Origin: Iphione sp. A-MEVVRFRX5
Taxonomy: Eukaryota
Direction: 5' to 3'
Assembly: GCA_976226885.1 (NCBI GenBank)
Contig: OZ320315.1
Span: forward strand, 97,278,001 to 97,342,000
Length of the DNA: 64,000 nucleotides
The notes below the pieces were generated by a model. The model did not search any database and had not been told where the DNA came from. It saw nothing but the letters and a program-made list of their open reading frames with translations. Shown piece after piece: positions 49,246 through 60,854 of this stretch; position 1 is the first letter of the stretch; each line of letters opens with the position of its first letter. The translations under genes were made by a program, and so were the position numbers.

Positions 49246-51006
49246 TCACTGATTTTGTTGTCGCTTTTTTCGTTTATGAAGGTCTGAGCGTGTTGACATT
49301 AGTAGCTTTCCCAGACTGTTTTCACCCTCGTGTTTTTCTAGTTGGTCTGACGATAGGGGCAGACCTGCTCCCCAGTGCTTGTCTTTTATCGCTGCGACTA
49401 GTTTTTTCTTCTTTGTGTCAAGTAGGGCCTCACATAGTAGTGGGTTTTGCTCAAAGTTGATTTGTGTTAACTCAGCCATGACGTTGTCTCTCTTCTCGAC
49501 CCAGTCATCAGAGTCAACAATCTGTTTGGTAATTGTCCATAGCCTCGCCGTAGTCTTTGCTTTCCTGATTTCTTCTTCAGTGTCTAAATTACCAGAGTCG
49601 ATGGTCCGCGCCCATTGATAGGCATGCTCTAGACTTGGGAAGTTGTTTTTGTTCCACCTCAGTGGGCACCGGTAGTGATTTGAGAATATACAGTCCTCAC
49701 CCGCAAAGTAGATGGTGTCTTTGATTTGGCGTTGACGCGCATTGTGTAATGACAATTCGCTCGGAAGGTTTTTCAGTTGATTGTGTTGATATACAGTGTC
49801 TCCTATTTTGATTGCTGATCCCGTTACTTTGGCCTCCATTTTGTTATTCCGGGCTAATCGGGCAATGGCCTGTATGTCGGCCTGTTTTTTCCTCTCATCC
49901 TCAGTTAAATCATTACTGATCCAAACTCGTTTTGCACCGTCCTTGTCCTTTAATTTACGTTTGCTTTTCATGATTTCTGATTTCTTGTCTAAATTTCTGA
50001 ACTAAATTTCTGCTGTTCGTCGGCATTCTTCAATGTCTGAGTGAAGTAGCTTTACGCCCATTGAACTCGACAGGTTTATCACTTTTCTTTTGACATCTTC
50101 GTCCTGGTGCTCTTTTAGCCCTTCTATATATATATTGCGTCTTCTAGTTTGTCTGCTCAAATACTGTACCTCCTGTCGGAGTTTCATCATAGATTCATTA
50201 GACTTACTTGGTGTGGGATAGTCTTGAATAGCCAGACGCAGTCGATCGTTTTCTTCCTCTAGCATCTTTACTTTGTCCTCTAGGCTCGAGACTCTTCTGT
50301 TTGTTTGTTTCACATCCTCTTCAATTTTGGCTCATTGATCCTCGGCCTCCTTTGCTATAGCCATCATGGTTTTGAATTTCCTGTTGGTATTCTTACGAGT
50401 CTTCAGTCCCTGGGCTAAGACTTCCCTTAACACATCCGCTAGCTGTAGGTTCTCTCGGTCAATATCTAAGATTGTGTCATCATTATCCGACTCACTGTCC
50501 TCCGGATCCTGAATGGGGGTATTAGGTTTCCTCTTTTTTGAAGGTTTTTCCTTCCGTTGGGAACCTGAGCTTGGTTGCGGAGTGTCTGGTATCGGTGGTT
50601 CTTCATTGCAGGTTTCCATCTCTTCTATCTCATCATCATCGGACTGGACACCCAATTTGTCCTCGGTGTCCGTTTCATGCGTATCCTTGTCCATGCGGCT
50701 ATCTGTCGGTCTTGGTTCTTGCGATTCTTTCTTAACGATCTTATTAAGGCCCTCTGCAATTTCTACAGGTTTGGCTCTTACTACCTGTACAAGCGGACAT
50801 GGTGTTTCGGGTATGCTAGTTGTCTTATCCTTAGGTACTTTGGTTACCACTGGAGTGGCGGGAGGGTTGGTTATTGTACTCACAGGGTCCGTATGCTTCG
50901 GGGTAGTTGCGTCCTTAGCTATGTTGGCGGGTTGTCGCGCTCGGGTGCTCCGTATCACCACTGTTTCCCGCCGTGGGTGGGCTTTGTCCTCCGTTTTTGA
51001 AGGCAT
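49246..51006 (-). pseudogene. ORF1 of LINE copy A: acidic/Pro-rich N-terminus, coiled coil, L1-type RRM/CTD, and a complete NADAR domain
   Basis: RRRNIYIEGLKE and VWISNDLT are L1 ORF1-like. NADAR: FSNHY...FPSLEHAYQ...VM...NFEQNPLL..LLDT..KLV...DKHWGAGL...GENSLGKLLMSTR. Confidence 0.9.
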
Positions 51007-51129
51007 TATCGCCCAGTGTTCCTGCTTTATAGATTATTTTTAGTCCTAATTTAGCCCTTGGATCCCTGAGTCCTTTCCGGCGTGGGCCACATATATCGCG
51101 GGTAGGTGTTGCGTACTTTCACTGGCTTT

Positions 51130-51680
51130 TAACCTACTGTGTGTGCATTAATCTCAGTCTTAATGTCTGCATGCGACAGTTGCGTACTCCTTACTCCGCC
51201 ATGTTGATGACTCATTATTTGAACATTATTTGCGTTTTTTGAACCAATGCGATAACATGAATCAATGTTGGCTGATACAAACATTGGATCTGCTAGAGTG
51301 AATACGTCATTCACTTGTGTCAACAGTCATTGTGGTGTTTATCTCCCTTCTTCATTTAGACCAGATATTAGAAGATTCATTTGCCTATTTTCCCTCTCAA
51401 ATCTGTCTACCATGTTTTTAATTTTGCTCTTGAGTTCACTGGATATTTGTGTATGTTTGAAACGATCAACATTGGAAGGTTCACCAATGTCATCTATTTT
51501 AGCTTTTAGTTGAGAATTTTCTACCTCTAGTTTTTCCAGACGGTCATTATATGATTTGAAATCTACCTCAAGATCTGCTATATGTTCGGTGTTTGCCCGT
51601 ATTTGAGATTGCGGGGTTTCCCTTTTCTAGCACTTCAGTTTTTGTGTCAACATGGTTTGATTCTGAGAGGATAGAAAAAT
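51130..51680 (-). pseudogene. Isolated LINE ORF1 fragment (coiled coil + start of RRM)
   Basis: DRLEKLEVENSQLKAK...FERENRQMNLLISGLNE...IDSCYRIG, homologous to ORF1 of copy G. Confidence 0.8.
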
Positions 51681-51797
51681 GATTACTGGTGAGTAGCTGG
51701 GGAGAAGGGCAAGGCTTGTTAATACTTACTATGATTTTCTTATAGTGGTGATAACTTGGGCGTTTTGGTGTCCCTCAAGTGGTCTCCTGCTGGTTTT

Positions 51798-53307
51798 TTA
51801 GTCTGCGTGGGCCTGGACGGTGGACGATACTGGCCATGTTCCCCTCACAGGCCCTGGCCCATGAAAAGGGTGTGTGTAAGCTAGACTAATCGGTGCCACT
51901 GCTTGGGTTGTCAGGCACATCATCACAATGTTGTCTTGTCCTCGTTCGATTTCCTTTCTGGTCTCTTGTTCTAATTTGCGTTTGCAAGCCATAATGTATT
52001 CTCTGCTCTTTGCTATATCTGATGTGCTGAGTTATACAGGCTATTTCGGTACTGCCTTCTGACCTAGCTCTTTCTGCACTCAGCAGCAGCCACTTCCATT
52101 TCTATACGTGCATGTCTCTGGCTTAGTTTGCATAGAGTAACAATGAGTCTTCCTCACCCTGGCAATAGGCTGGGAGTTGGCTTGTGTTGATATAGCATCT
52201 CATGATGAAACTCATGCGGAGTCATAGCAGACAGTAGTCCTTACCTCATAGTCATAGCAGACAGTAGTCCTTACCTCATGGGCTATTTATCTCTGGGCGG
52301 TGTTCCAGCTTTCCTTGTAATACTGAGGCAGATTTTGTAGCCATGGTTGATCATGGTTTAATGTGGATTTTTTTGTTATTGGGTTTATTTCTTCTTTCGG
52401 TTGGTTCGCATTTGATTTTCTACTGATAGAGCCCCTTGTTCTTTTTGCTATAGGTTGGATGAATGCTAAGCTCTAGCCTCTTTGAGGTGCTACCGAGTGG
52501 TCTCAGTGTTGCTGAGTTAGGTCAGCGGTTCAAACCTGTTTTTTTGCATTCGTGCTTACCAGGATTTTCTCATTGCTATTACCTGAGCTTCTGCGTCGCT
52601 CAGGGTATAGGCGCTTTTTTTAAAGCCTGACTTTCGCTGTTGCTGTCCCTGAAGGTTTTGCTCACAGGTCTCTTCGTCTGCGTGGGCCTGTGGGTGCCTC
52701 TGTACCCCCCTCTTCCCCACAGGCCCATTCTCTGAAAAGGGTGCTGATAGGTCGGCCTGGTGTGACTCTGGCTGACGGGGGCAACTACACTGGTGGTTAG
52801 TGAGGCCATAAGGATGGAGTCTTGCCTTTTTTTTCTAAGTCTGCCTTGGTTTCCCTTTCTACCCTGTTCTTACACTGTATTGTATATTCCCTGCTGTCGC
52901 TGATTTGCTGGGGAGTCAGTTTAGTCTCTACGCGACCTGTCTGAGTAAGCTTCATCTTTGGCTTGGGTGGCAAGTCTCTAATAGACCTTCTGCAATATCA
53001 GCCATTAACATCTTGGCATATCTCTGCCTTTTTTCACTAATCTTGCATATAAGATCTGTTTCTTTCTCTAGATAGGCTGGTAGGGCGGAGGTATTGATGC
53101 AGGACTGATAGATGTAACCTAACTGAAGGTTTCGGTTAATGAAATGAAATCTCTCCTGACTTTGCTTTTGGATTCATTTACTAGTTTTCTCATTGCATTG
53201 TTCCATGATTCTACATAGGATGGGGTTAAGGTTTTCAGCCAAGGTTGACTCTGAAAAAGAGAAGTGTCCCTCTTAGATCGTTCTTTTGAGATGGGAGTCG
53301 GTTCCAA
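51798..53307 (-). other. Two diverged tandem copies of an unidentified degenerate ORF
   Basis: QPWLKTLTPSYVESWN (53230) vs QPWLQNLPQYYKESWN (52350); QDSILMASLTTSVVAP (52820) vs QDNIVMMCLTTQAVAP (51930); both are followed by HPF. Confidence 0.55.
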
Positions 53308-54271
53308 TACAGTTTGGGATTTGGTTGGGGTTGATTTCTTGGCCCTTTTGGTCTAATTTTGACTCATAAGTGACTGAGTTGGATCTTTTTCGTTTGTTGT
53401 GTGAACTGTGTGTCATGTCTTTTATATTCAATGTTCTAAGATCAGTGGTGGGTGCTGAACAGTTCGAATATAGTTTTCAGAGGTCTGATATAGTTTTCAA
53501 TATTGAGCGTTTCACTGAATCCACTCTTAATGCATGCTGATATGTGCTTACCTCGAGTCTTGATGAAGCGGTCACAATTTGTTTGTGGTGACCAGCTTCT
53601 TCGGCAGTGCCGTGGGGTCTCATATCGAAGTCAGTCTGTATGTCTGCGTGCGCGAGGTGGTTCATATGGCTTATGTCTTGTCCCTCATCAATGGGGTGTG
53701 ATCCCATGTCGTTGTCGTGACCACCTGGAGTGCATAATGATGTTAGAGTCTTGGCCGGATCCATGCTTGTGTGTGCTATTTCCCGCTGATGAGCCGGTTT
53801 GGATTCTATTGGTTTTTCGTCAAGTTGTTATGTGACTGGTTAGTCTGCATTGTATCTTGTTCTTTTGTGGCAGCTAATGAGCCTGCTGGTTCGATGCTCT
53901 GGTCTGAACTAATGAGTTGAGTAGTATGGGTGCGAACTTTCTCCTTGAGGTCCATGGTTTCTCTAGACGGGAGGTGTTATTTAATAGGTTCTGTTCGCAT
54001 GAGTCTTTTCCCTGTATTTTTATACAATTTATATGGCGATGTATACCGAGTCTGCTAGTGGTGTGGATAACGTCTGGTTGTGTGGTGTAATTTGGTGGGG
54101 TATGTGTCATTGTCGGCATGAAAAATGTTTTTAACTTTGCGACAAAAAGAATTGGTATTATAATGTGGCGTACTGCCCTCAGGCGGTTGTTTCCCCACTT
54201 GAGTTGTTCTTAGAATGTTATGTAATATGGGGGTTGACCACTTGACTGTCATGGTCCGTCGGGCACTGCAG

Positions 54272-57200
54272 TTAGTGCGATTGTTTACCATTTATTTCGA
54301 AAGGCGCCACCTGGTGCAACGTCTTTGAATTATATGCAAGTGTGTAAACACACACTTTAGACGGTGAGCAAGGGGGTGGGGGGCAACCAGATAGGCTAAG
54401 ACGGCCATCGACGCCCAGTCCCCCCTCCAGAAAGTGGTTGAAAGCCACCCTGGACTGGTGCATGCGGGTGGCCGCAACTCGACACAGGCTGTGAAAGCCG
54501 ATGTCACTTGCTTTGCACCCAACTCTCGATGCCCATGTCTTCAACCAACCCAGTGCCGTCAGGTAGGGGAGCTGCACCCCGTCTTTCAGGAACAGGAGGT
54601 CCGAGGGGGACCCTGGAGTGGTTGCGACAGAGCCAGTGTGCAACGCAGAGGGCTTTGCAGTAGAAATTGTATGCTGATAACCCGCCTGAAGCCGTGTGGA
54701 AGGTTAGCTCGCTTGTGCATCCAGATCACCCAAGACAAGTAATTCTGGATAGTGGAGTATGCAAGGTCATTTGACAGGTGCGCCAGAAAGCGAGGGACAG
54801 TCGGGGGAGAGGCTAGTGGGCCACAATCCCGAGGGACCCAAAGAACTCTGAGAACCTCCGCCACTGCGAGGTCCTGGCTTGATTAGTGTTGTTTGCGAAC
54901 GCCCCAAGACTCCAGGAACAGCCTCCTCCTGTCGACATCCCCGAGATCTGCAACAAAGTGTGTAGCAGTCAAAGTGTGACAGGCCCACAGAACCATAGCG
55001 AGACAAGCAGTCGGCAATCACGTTGGCGTTGGTTGGGATGTGTCTAGCTGTTATATGAAAGTTATTCACAGCAGATAGACAGATAACCTGCCTAAGCACT
55101 ACCATACAGACTGGGTCGCGCGATATGCCAGTGTTGACCAAATGTGTACAGGACAGCGTGCCTCGCGTGCCAGTAGGGGCACCATCTGACCATTGCCATC
55201 AGTTTGCAGATTTCATCTGTATTGTGCTGAAGTTCGTCACCCCGACGGGGTGCTTATTCTAACATTGCTCATACAAACACTTAATGCTAAGCCTGAAGAG
55301 TTTATTTCCTGTAACTCAGGAGAAAATTAGTTGTCGTAGATTACTTTATAACTTGGCCCTTGTCATCTCTTTACTGGAGCTTGGTAACTCATTCTAAATA
55401 CGCCCTCCACGATATCTGAAGCCACGCCTGTAGGCCTCATTTGACGGCTTGGGTAGAGCAACCAAGGGTGCAGCCCTTTGTCTTGTACGACCACCCTGTA
55501 CAGTTTCACATATCTGCAAAGAGACCATAGCCTGATACAACAGAGCAACATGATATTCACTACACTGGAAATAATCCATCATTTTATTGTCCCTCATCCA
55601 TTGTTTTGTCTCCTCACTGCCCTGATGAGGCATTTCTGCAGCTGGTCCCGGAGTGAATAACTTGCACCCATCTCGAACATGATGCCTTACTCTAAGTGGG
55701 AGACAAAATAAGCCGTAAAGACCAGGATCCTCATTTTCCTATCAAGAAATGGTCTTGCCCGACGAAGCAGATATACCATGCTATTTAATTTCCTTAACTT
55801 CTTCTCAATTGCTGGTCTAAACGATAGTCGGTCGTCTAACTCAAATCCTAGGAAATTAAAAGAGGTTACCCTGGCTACCCTTGCCCCATGCAGTTTCAGG
55901 TCCAGCTCAATTTCCCTGGCCCTACCCAAGGACATATACCTATTTTTACTCTCATTCAACAGAAACCCATTCTCTTAACACCACTTTGAGATTTGTCAGC
56001 GTGAATTGAGCCTTACGAGACAGGGCCATGGCATTTGATCCCCATGTGTATACAGTCACATCGTCAGCGTAGATTGAAAGCTTGCTGGGGAATGCTACCC
56101 TCACAATGTTATTTATTGATAGCAGAAACAACCACGGCCCCAATAAAGGGCCCTGAGGAACGCCGGTTGCAACATCCCTTAATGATGACATTTTGTTGTT
56201 GCATCTGACTAATTGTCTTCTGTCTGAAAGGTAGTCACTGAACCAACCCACCACACGGCCCCGGTAGCCAAGGTTCCTCATTTTGCAGAGAATCATGTCA
56301 TGATTGGCCAAGTCAAATGCCTTTGACATGTCGAGGAATGCACAGGCAGCATAGCGGCCCATATTTGTATCGACATATATGTCACCCAGCAAACCTGAAT
56401 ATGCCAGAGGCGTTCCACGTCCCTTCCTAAATCCCCCAGCTGCCAGTCTCCTGACCTAGTGGCTCCGTACCCCTGCATGCTTGTGTCCGTCTTGATGCAG
56501 TCTGTAGAAGGGTCGTGGGGGATGATTATCTTATCCGAGGCATTGAAGGTAGCAGCAAACTGGATCCACCACTGCAGGTCTTTGTGGAAACCACGTTCCA
56601 AACGCAATCTGCCTGCCTTGCTCCTCTGGCCGACACCCAGGGTATCGATGACCCTCCGGCAGAAGGTGCGGCCCCCTCCGACGACAGAGGCACAATGGTT
56701 GAGGACGCCTGAGAGCCATTAAAGTTGACGTGTTGTTGCTCTTGGCCGACTGTGGAAGAAGTCGAGGTCTTTGTGCAATGCCTGCAGCTTGTGGTCAGGG
56801 AGGCGTAGGAACATCTGTTATGCGTCAGTCTCAATTCCCAGGAACACGAGTTGTTCCAGCTGATGTAGAACCCCAGCGACCGAAGCAGTTGGATGGTGGC
56901 CAGGAGGTCCTGTGTGCATTCCTCATATGCTGGCGCTACAACGAAGAAATCATCCAGGTAGTTGAGGCAGCGTATGCCCCGGTGATGCAGACAACAAACT
57001 ATAAAGCAGCTGATCCTATGGAAGAAGTACGGGGCCATCTTGGCCCCTAAACACTGGCAATTGTCCCTCAAATAGCATGTGACGCCAACAAAGGACCACC
57101 TTATGCTTTGCAGCTCCCTGTCAGCCGGATGGACATTGACTGACGGTATGCCGCCTTTATGTCCACACAGCACGCGAAATAACTCGGCCGGATAAGACCA

Positions 57201-57400
57201 GCCACTTTGTGAATCCTGGCAAAGGAGAATTTGTCACTACAAATGTTCATGAAGTTGTTGATAGAGGTACCTGGCAGATGGCTACTGTCGTTGATGGGGC
57301 AGAAGCCCCCTCCTTCTTGGGGACTGCGCCCATGGCATGGACGTGATCAGGCTTTCTTTTTAACTTTTATCCTGGCAACATACCAAGGTCTAGCCATAAT
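54272..57400 (-). mobile_element. Ngaro/DIRS-group copy 5 (RT, RNase H, YR), interrupted in RNase H by LINE copy K
   Basis: PKKEGGFCPI near 57320; YLDD in 56526..57173; RNase H N-half KTDTSMQGYG (56293..56607); C-half VRWCPYW...HIPTNANVIADCLSR (55240-55010); YR GFHSLCRVAAT and GDWASMAVLAYL (54272..54643). Confidence 0.88.
55255..56392 (-). mobile_element. 5'-truncated LINE RT segment, copy K
   Basis: FLDMSKAFD, GVPQGPLLGP and YADD (55952..56392); FLGFELD...LRRARPFL (55687..55959). Confidence 0.9.
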
Positions 57401-57449
57401 ACTGTTGTAACGTTGTCTTCACTTAACTATATACAGTCTCATTGCAAAA

Positions 57450-58600
57450 CTTACTTTATTCCAATACTAGACTATAGCCTTGGATCCATCCATGCATATC
57501 AAGTTTTTATTACCTGAATTGCAATGGACCAATTAATTTTTACGGAATGCCCGATTAAGTTAATGAAGAATTTTTCTTACTCATCTTCGTCTTCATCTTC
57601 ACATTGCGGTCCAGAATCAGTCCTAGGTACTTGCACGATCGTAGATTGTATTTCCTAAGTTCATTATTATACCATTTGAAGAACACCAGTCATTAAATCT
57701 GTTAACATCATTTGTTAACTCCTTAACGATAAACGGGTCTTCATGGGCAAATTGCAGAATGGTGTCATCCGCATACATCACAGTATGGGAAGACTTCACT
57801 ACTTCTATACTGGCATTTATTATTGATACTGGTTATTATCGACTTGCCTTCCAAATATGATTTCAGCCTTTTTCTTCATCTTTTCTAGGAAAATCCTATG
57901 CTGAATACTATGGAAAGCCTTTTGATAGTCAACAAATATTGCCCCTGCTACTATGCCTTCATTCATTTTGATATGAATGTAATGAAGTACATCATTGAGG
58001 AGGTCAATGGTTGATTTAGACTTCCTGAATCCATATTGATTACCACATAGTAATTTATTTTTCTTAATTATATCAGACGTTCAAGAATTCTTCGAAAAAT
58101 TGGTAAAATATAGGTCAATGGCTATTAGGATCAAAATGATCTCCTTTACCCTTTCTAATATAGGGGAATTATGAGTGCAATTTTCCAACTTCTTGGATGT
58201 CGACTTTTCTGTATCATCAGGTTTAATAAGTCTGTAAATTCCGTTATCATCAATGAGAGAGGCAAATCTTAATATCCTGCAGGGTTTGTTTTCATTCAAT
58301 TTTTCAATTTACTTTGATCACCTCGGTTTCTAATAGTGGTTTAAATTGAAATTCCTCAGATATATGTTGTACATGTATTATCTCCCCGAGGACACTATAT
58401 TGCATGTTTGTACCGTTGTTGGTCAAATATATTCGTTGTTTTCAGGGTGATCCACGGCTTGCATGTAATTGAGTGTGTTCCTGGTGAGGCTCAAACTCAC
58501 AATCTTCAATTCTTTGGTCAAGGGCCCATCCGATTAGGCCATTCAGTCTGCTGCATATTGTATTACTATTGTATTACTGTGTTAGTACTTTTTCGCTGTA
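57450..58600 (-). mobile_element. Heavily deleted LINE linker/RT segment, copy L
   Basis: KPWIT near 58450; NQYGFRKS, GAIFVDYQKAF and MYADD near 57780. Same RT subfamily as copies I, D and C. Confidence 0.82.
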
Positions 58601-58639
58601 AGAGACTTCTGTATGGTAAGAAATAAATAAGACATTTTT

Positions 58640-59720
58640 TTTGTTTTTCTTTATTTTTTCTTTATGGAAATTCCATTTCAAATGTTCTACTTGGAAGTTT
58701 CAGAATGAGAGTTTTTACAGATTCAGGTAGAGTTATACAAAAAGTAATTTTGCTTTGCTTCTCACTAAGATTTCTTTAAGAATTACAGCATTTGTTGATG
58801 TTTCATTGACTTGTTCTGTTTCTTTTACTGGTTCTGGTTTGTTGAGATCATCCTTGTCTCCAAATAGATCCAAGCCTAGATCAAACGTGGGTTGTTTCTC
58901 CTCACTCAGTTGTGGTGATGTTTCTTTCATCAGTGGCGGCTGTAATAAATCCTTAACAATTTCATATTGCATTTGAGTTATGCCCACTACAAACTGCTAT
59001 GGCTTGTTTATCTACACCTTCTTCGTATAGTCTGGTTCAACATGTGGCTTTGCCTGAATGCCCTGTTATATGCCTACCCTCCATATTAATTCCAGCTTCA
59101 GTGCACATTTTATGCGTGTATATATCCAGGGTATGAATACCTATCGGTTGAAGTGAAAGAGAATTTACCCTCTAAATTAGGCAATGGACATCTATATATT
59201 TCCTAAAAACCTACAATGCATTGTTGATTGTGAGGGTTGCTATAATGTCAAAAAAGCCTCGGTAGGGCCTTACTCTCATTAGCTCCAGTAACAGCTTTTG
59301 CTAGTTGCCCATGGTATGTTAGATATTCTCTGTTTTCTTGGTCTAGGTCAAGACTATATTGCTTTATTTCTAAATTTGCATGTTCGTCATGAGCTCTAAA
59401 TCCAAATATTTTACAGTTATAAAAATATGCTCCATAGGAGAGACCTGCCCTTTTGGGGTGGGTCTAGGGCGTCCATGAATGTCTTGAAATATGGGTCATC
59501 CTTTTTGAGTAGCCACACACCTCATGTCTGATGTCATCTCTGATAAGTCTCTGGAAGCCTGCAGTGATGCTGCAAAATAACAGTCCTGAAAATAGATTGG
59601 GAGTACAATATAGATTTTTGGGTTCCCCCCAAAATGTTTTAATATTTACCTGGTGGTAGGCTTCCGTTATAAATTGGGCAAGCCAATAAATAATAATCTT
59701 TATTATCCAAGCCTGGGATA
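58640..59720 (-). mobile_element. Crypton copy 4 (degenerate, intron 59586-59649)
   Basis: YWLAQFITE...YPPG|...SITAGFQR, GAYFYNCKIFGFRAHDEHANL, ITGHSGKATC*TRLYEEG and SGHNSNA. Confidence 0.85.
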
Positions 59721-59728
59721 GACACAGG

Positions 59729-60760
59729 TCATGTGTTGCAGGATGCCAATTTCTCCAGATGTGCCAATCTCTGAAGATTTAGACGGCCCAACTGGAAGCA
59801 GATCTCATCAAATTTGGAATCGGCGACAACCCAGTCCGTCAGGTCTCCTGTGAGGACTTTGGTAGTGACAGCATGTTTGTATCTGGCCAGGTTCTCAGGG
59901 GAGTATCCTCTTTTTAACCCCTTGAAGGTCAAAATTCTCGACCGAATGACCGGGGTAACCGTGTATAGGCCGGGAATGTTTGATGATGTACGCCACACAC
60001 TAGTCATACCGTAAGTTAGCTCACTGAATGTGTTGTTACAACCGCTCTGGTTGAAAGCGAGAATTTCCTGGTGAGCTCATCGTATCTCCTCAAGTCTATG
60101 CTCCAGGTGCTGCTCCTCCGATCCTGCTTGGCTGCGAGATGTGATTCCTCCTCCTGAATGTGATTCTGCAGCCAGGTAAGGTACTCCGGCGGTTAGGGTG
60201 GAACTTTCTGTGGTGGTTGCTCCCCTGGTTCAGGCAAGGGGGGGGGGCGCCTAAACTTGCGCCTAGATTAGCACCTAAACTAACACCTAGGTAAGACTGA
60301 TCGGAGTTGGGGAGGGCATAAATCTGTTGGCAACTCGCTCCAACCAAAGGTGGGCGACATTCCCCCGACACGCTAAAGTCGTGCTCGTGCTAAGAAATTT
60401 GAATCACTAAGGGGCTAGGCCCACAGCAGCACTAGCGATGGTAAGGCAGGCTACCTGCCGAAAGTGTGCAGCGTACTCATCGAGTTTGGCTGGACAGTTC
60501 AGCTAATGTAGTGTCGATCCTCACCCCAAGCCAGGTGACGACTGATGGTTGGGGGGGGGGGGGGGGTTGGAAGGTTTCCTCTGTGACCCTGAGGCCTAGG
60601 TCCTGGATTAATTGAATCGTCCAGTGGTATGCAGCCTCTCCCTTGACGATGTCCGGGGCTGTGATGACCACACCATCCAGATACATCAGCAATTTTATTC
60701 CTCGAGCTGCTGCAGCCCTCATAATGAACCTTGCTTTTCGCTGCCCGTGCATTGAAGAAC
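59729..60760 (-). mobile_element. Ngaro/DIRS-group remnant (RT fragment + YR N-terminal fragment)
   Basis: LLMYLDGVV...VTWLGVRIDT (60477..60752); RILTFKGLKRG...AVTTKVL (59729..60007) resembles the YR core-binding region. Confidence 0.7.
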
Positions 60761-60854
60761 TTCTGGCGCCAAATGTTATGGCCGTGTCGAAGAAATAGGT
60801 AAAGCTGATGCGAATCCCGAGAAGTGGCTAGTCCACGGGTCAGACGTGGAACTG

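Larger units (their letters stand above)
44840..51080 (-). mobile_element. Near full-length three-ORF LINE, copy A (best preserved), ending in AATAAA + short poly(A)
   Basis: ORF1 50332..51006 + 50002..50313 + 49246..49971; SGNH 48783..49238; APE 46782..48104; RT 45316..46590. AATAAA at 44863-44858 and an A-run at 44851-44843. Confidence 0.93.

Noticed and set aside
52219-52280. Short local duplications (31-bp pair here; also 19930-20005, 28075-28115, 29990-30010, 31200-31240; (AT)n at 32983-33002)
   Set aside because: These are two-copy slippage products inside decayed elements, with no sign of function.
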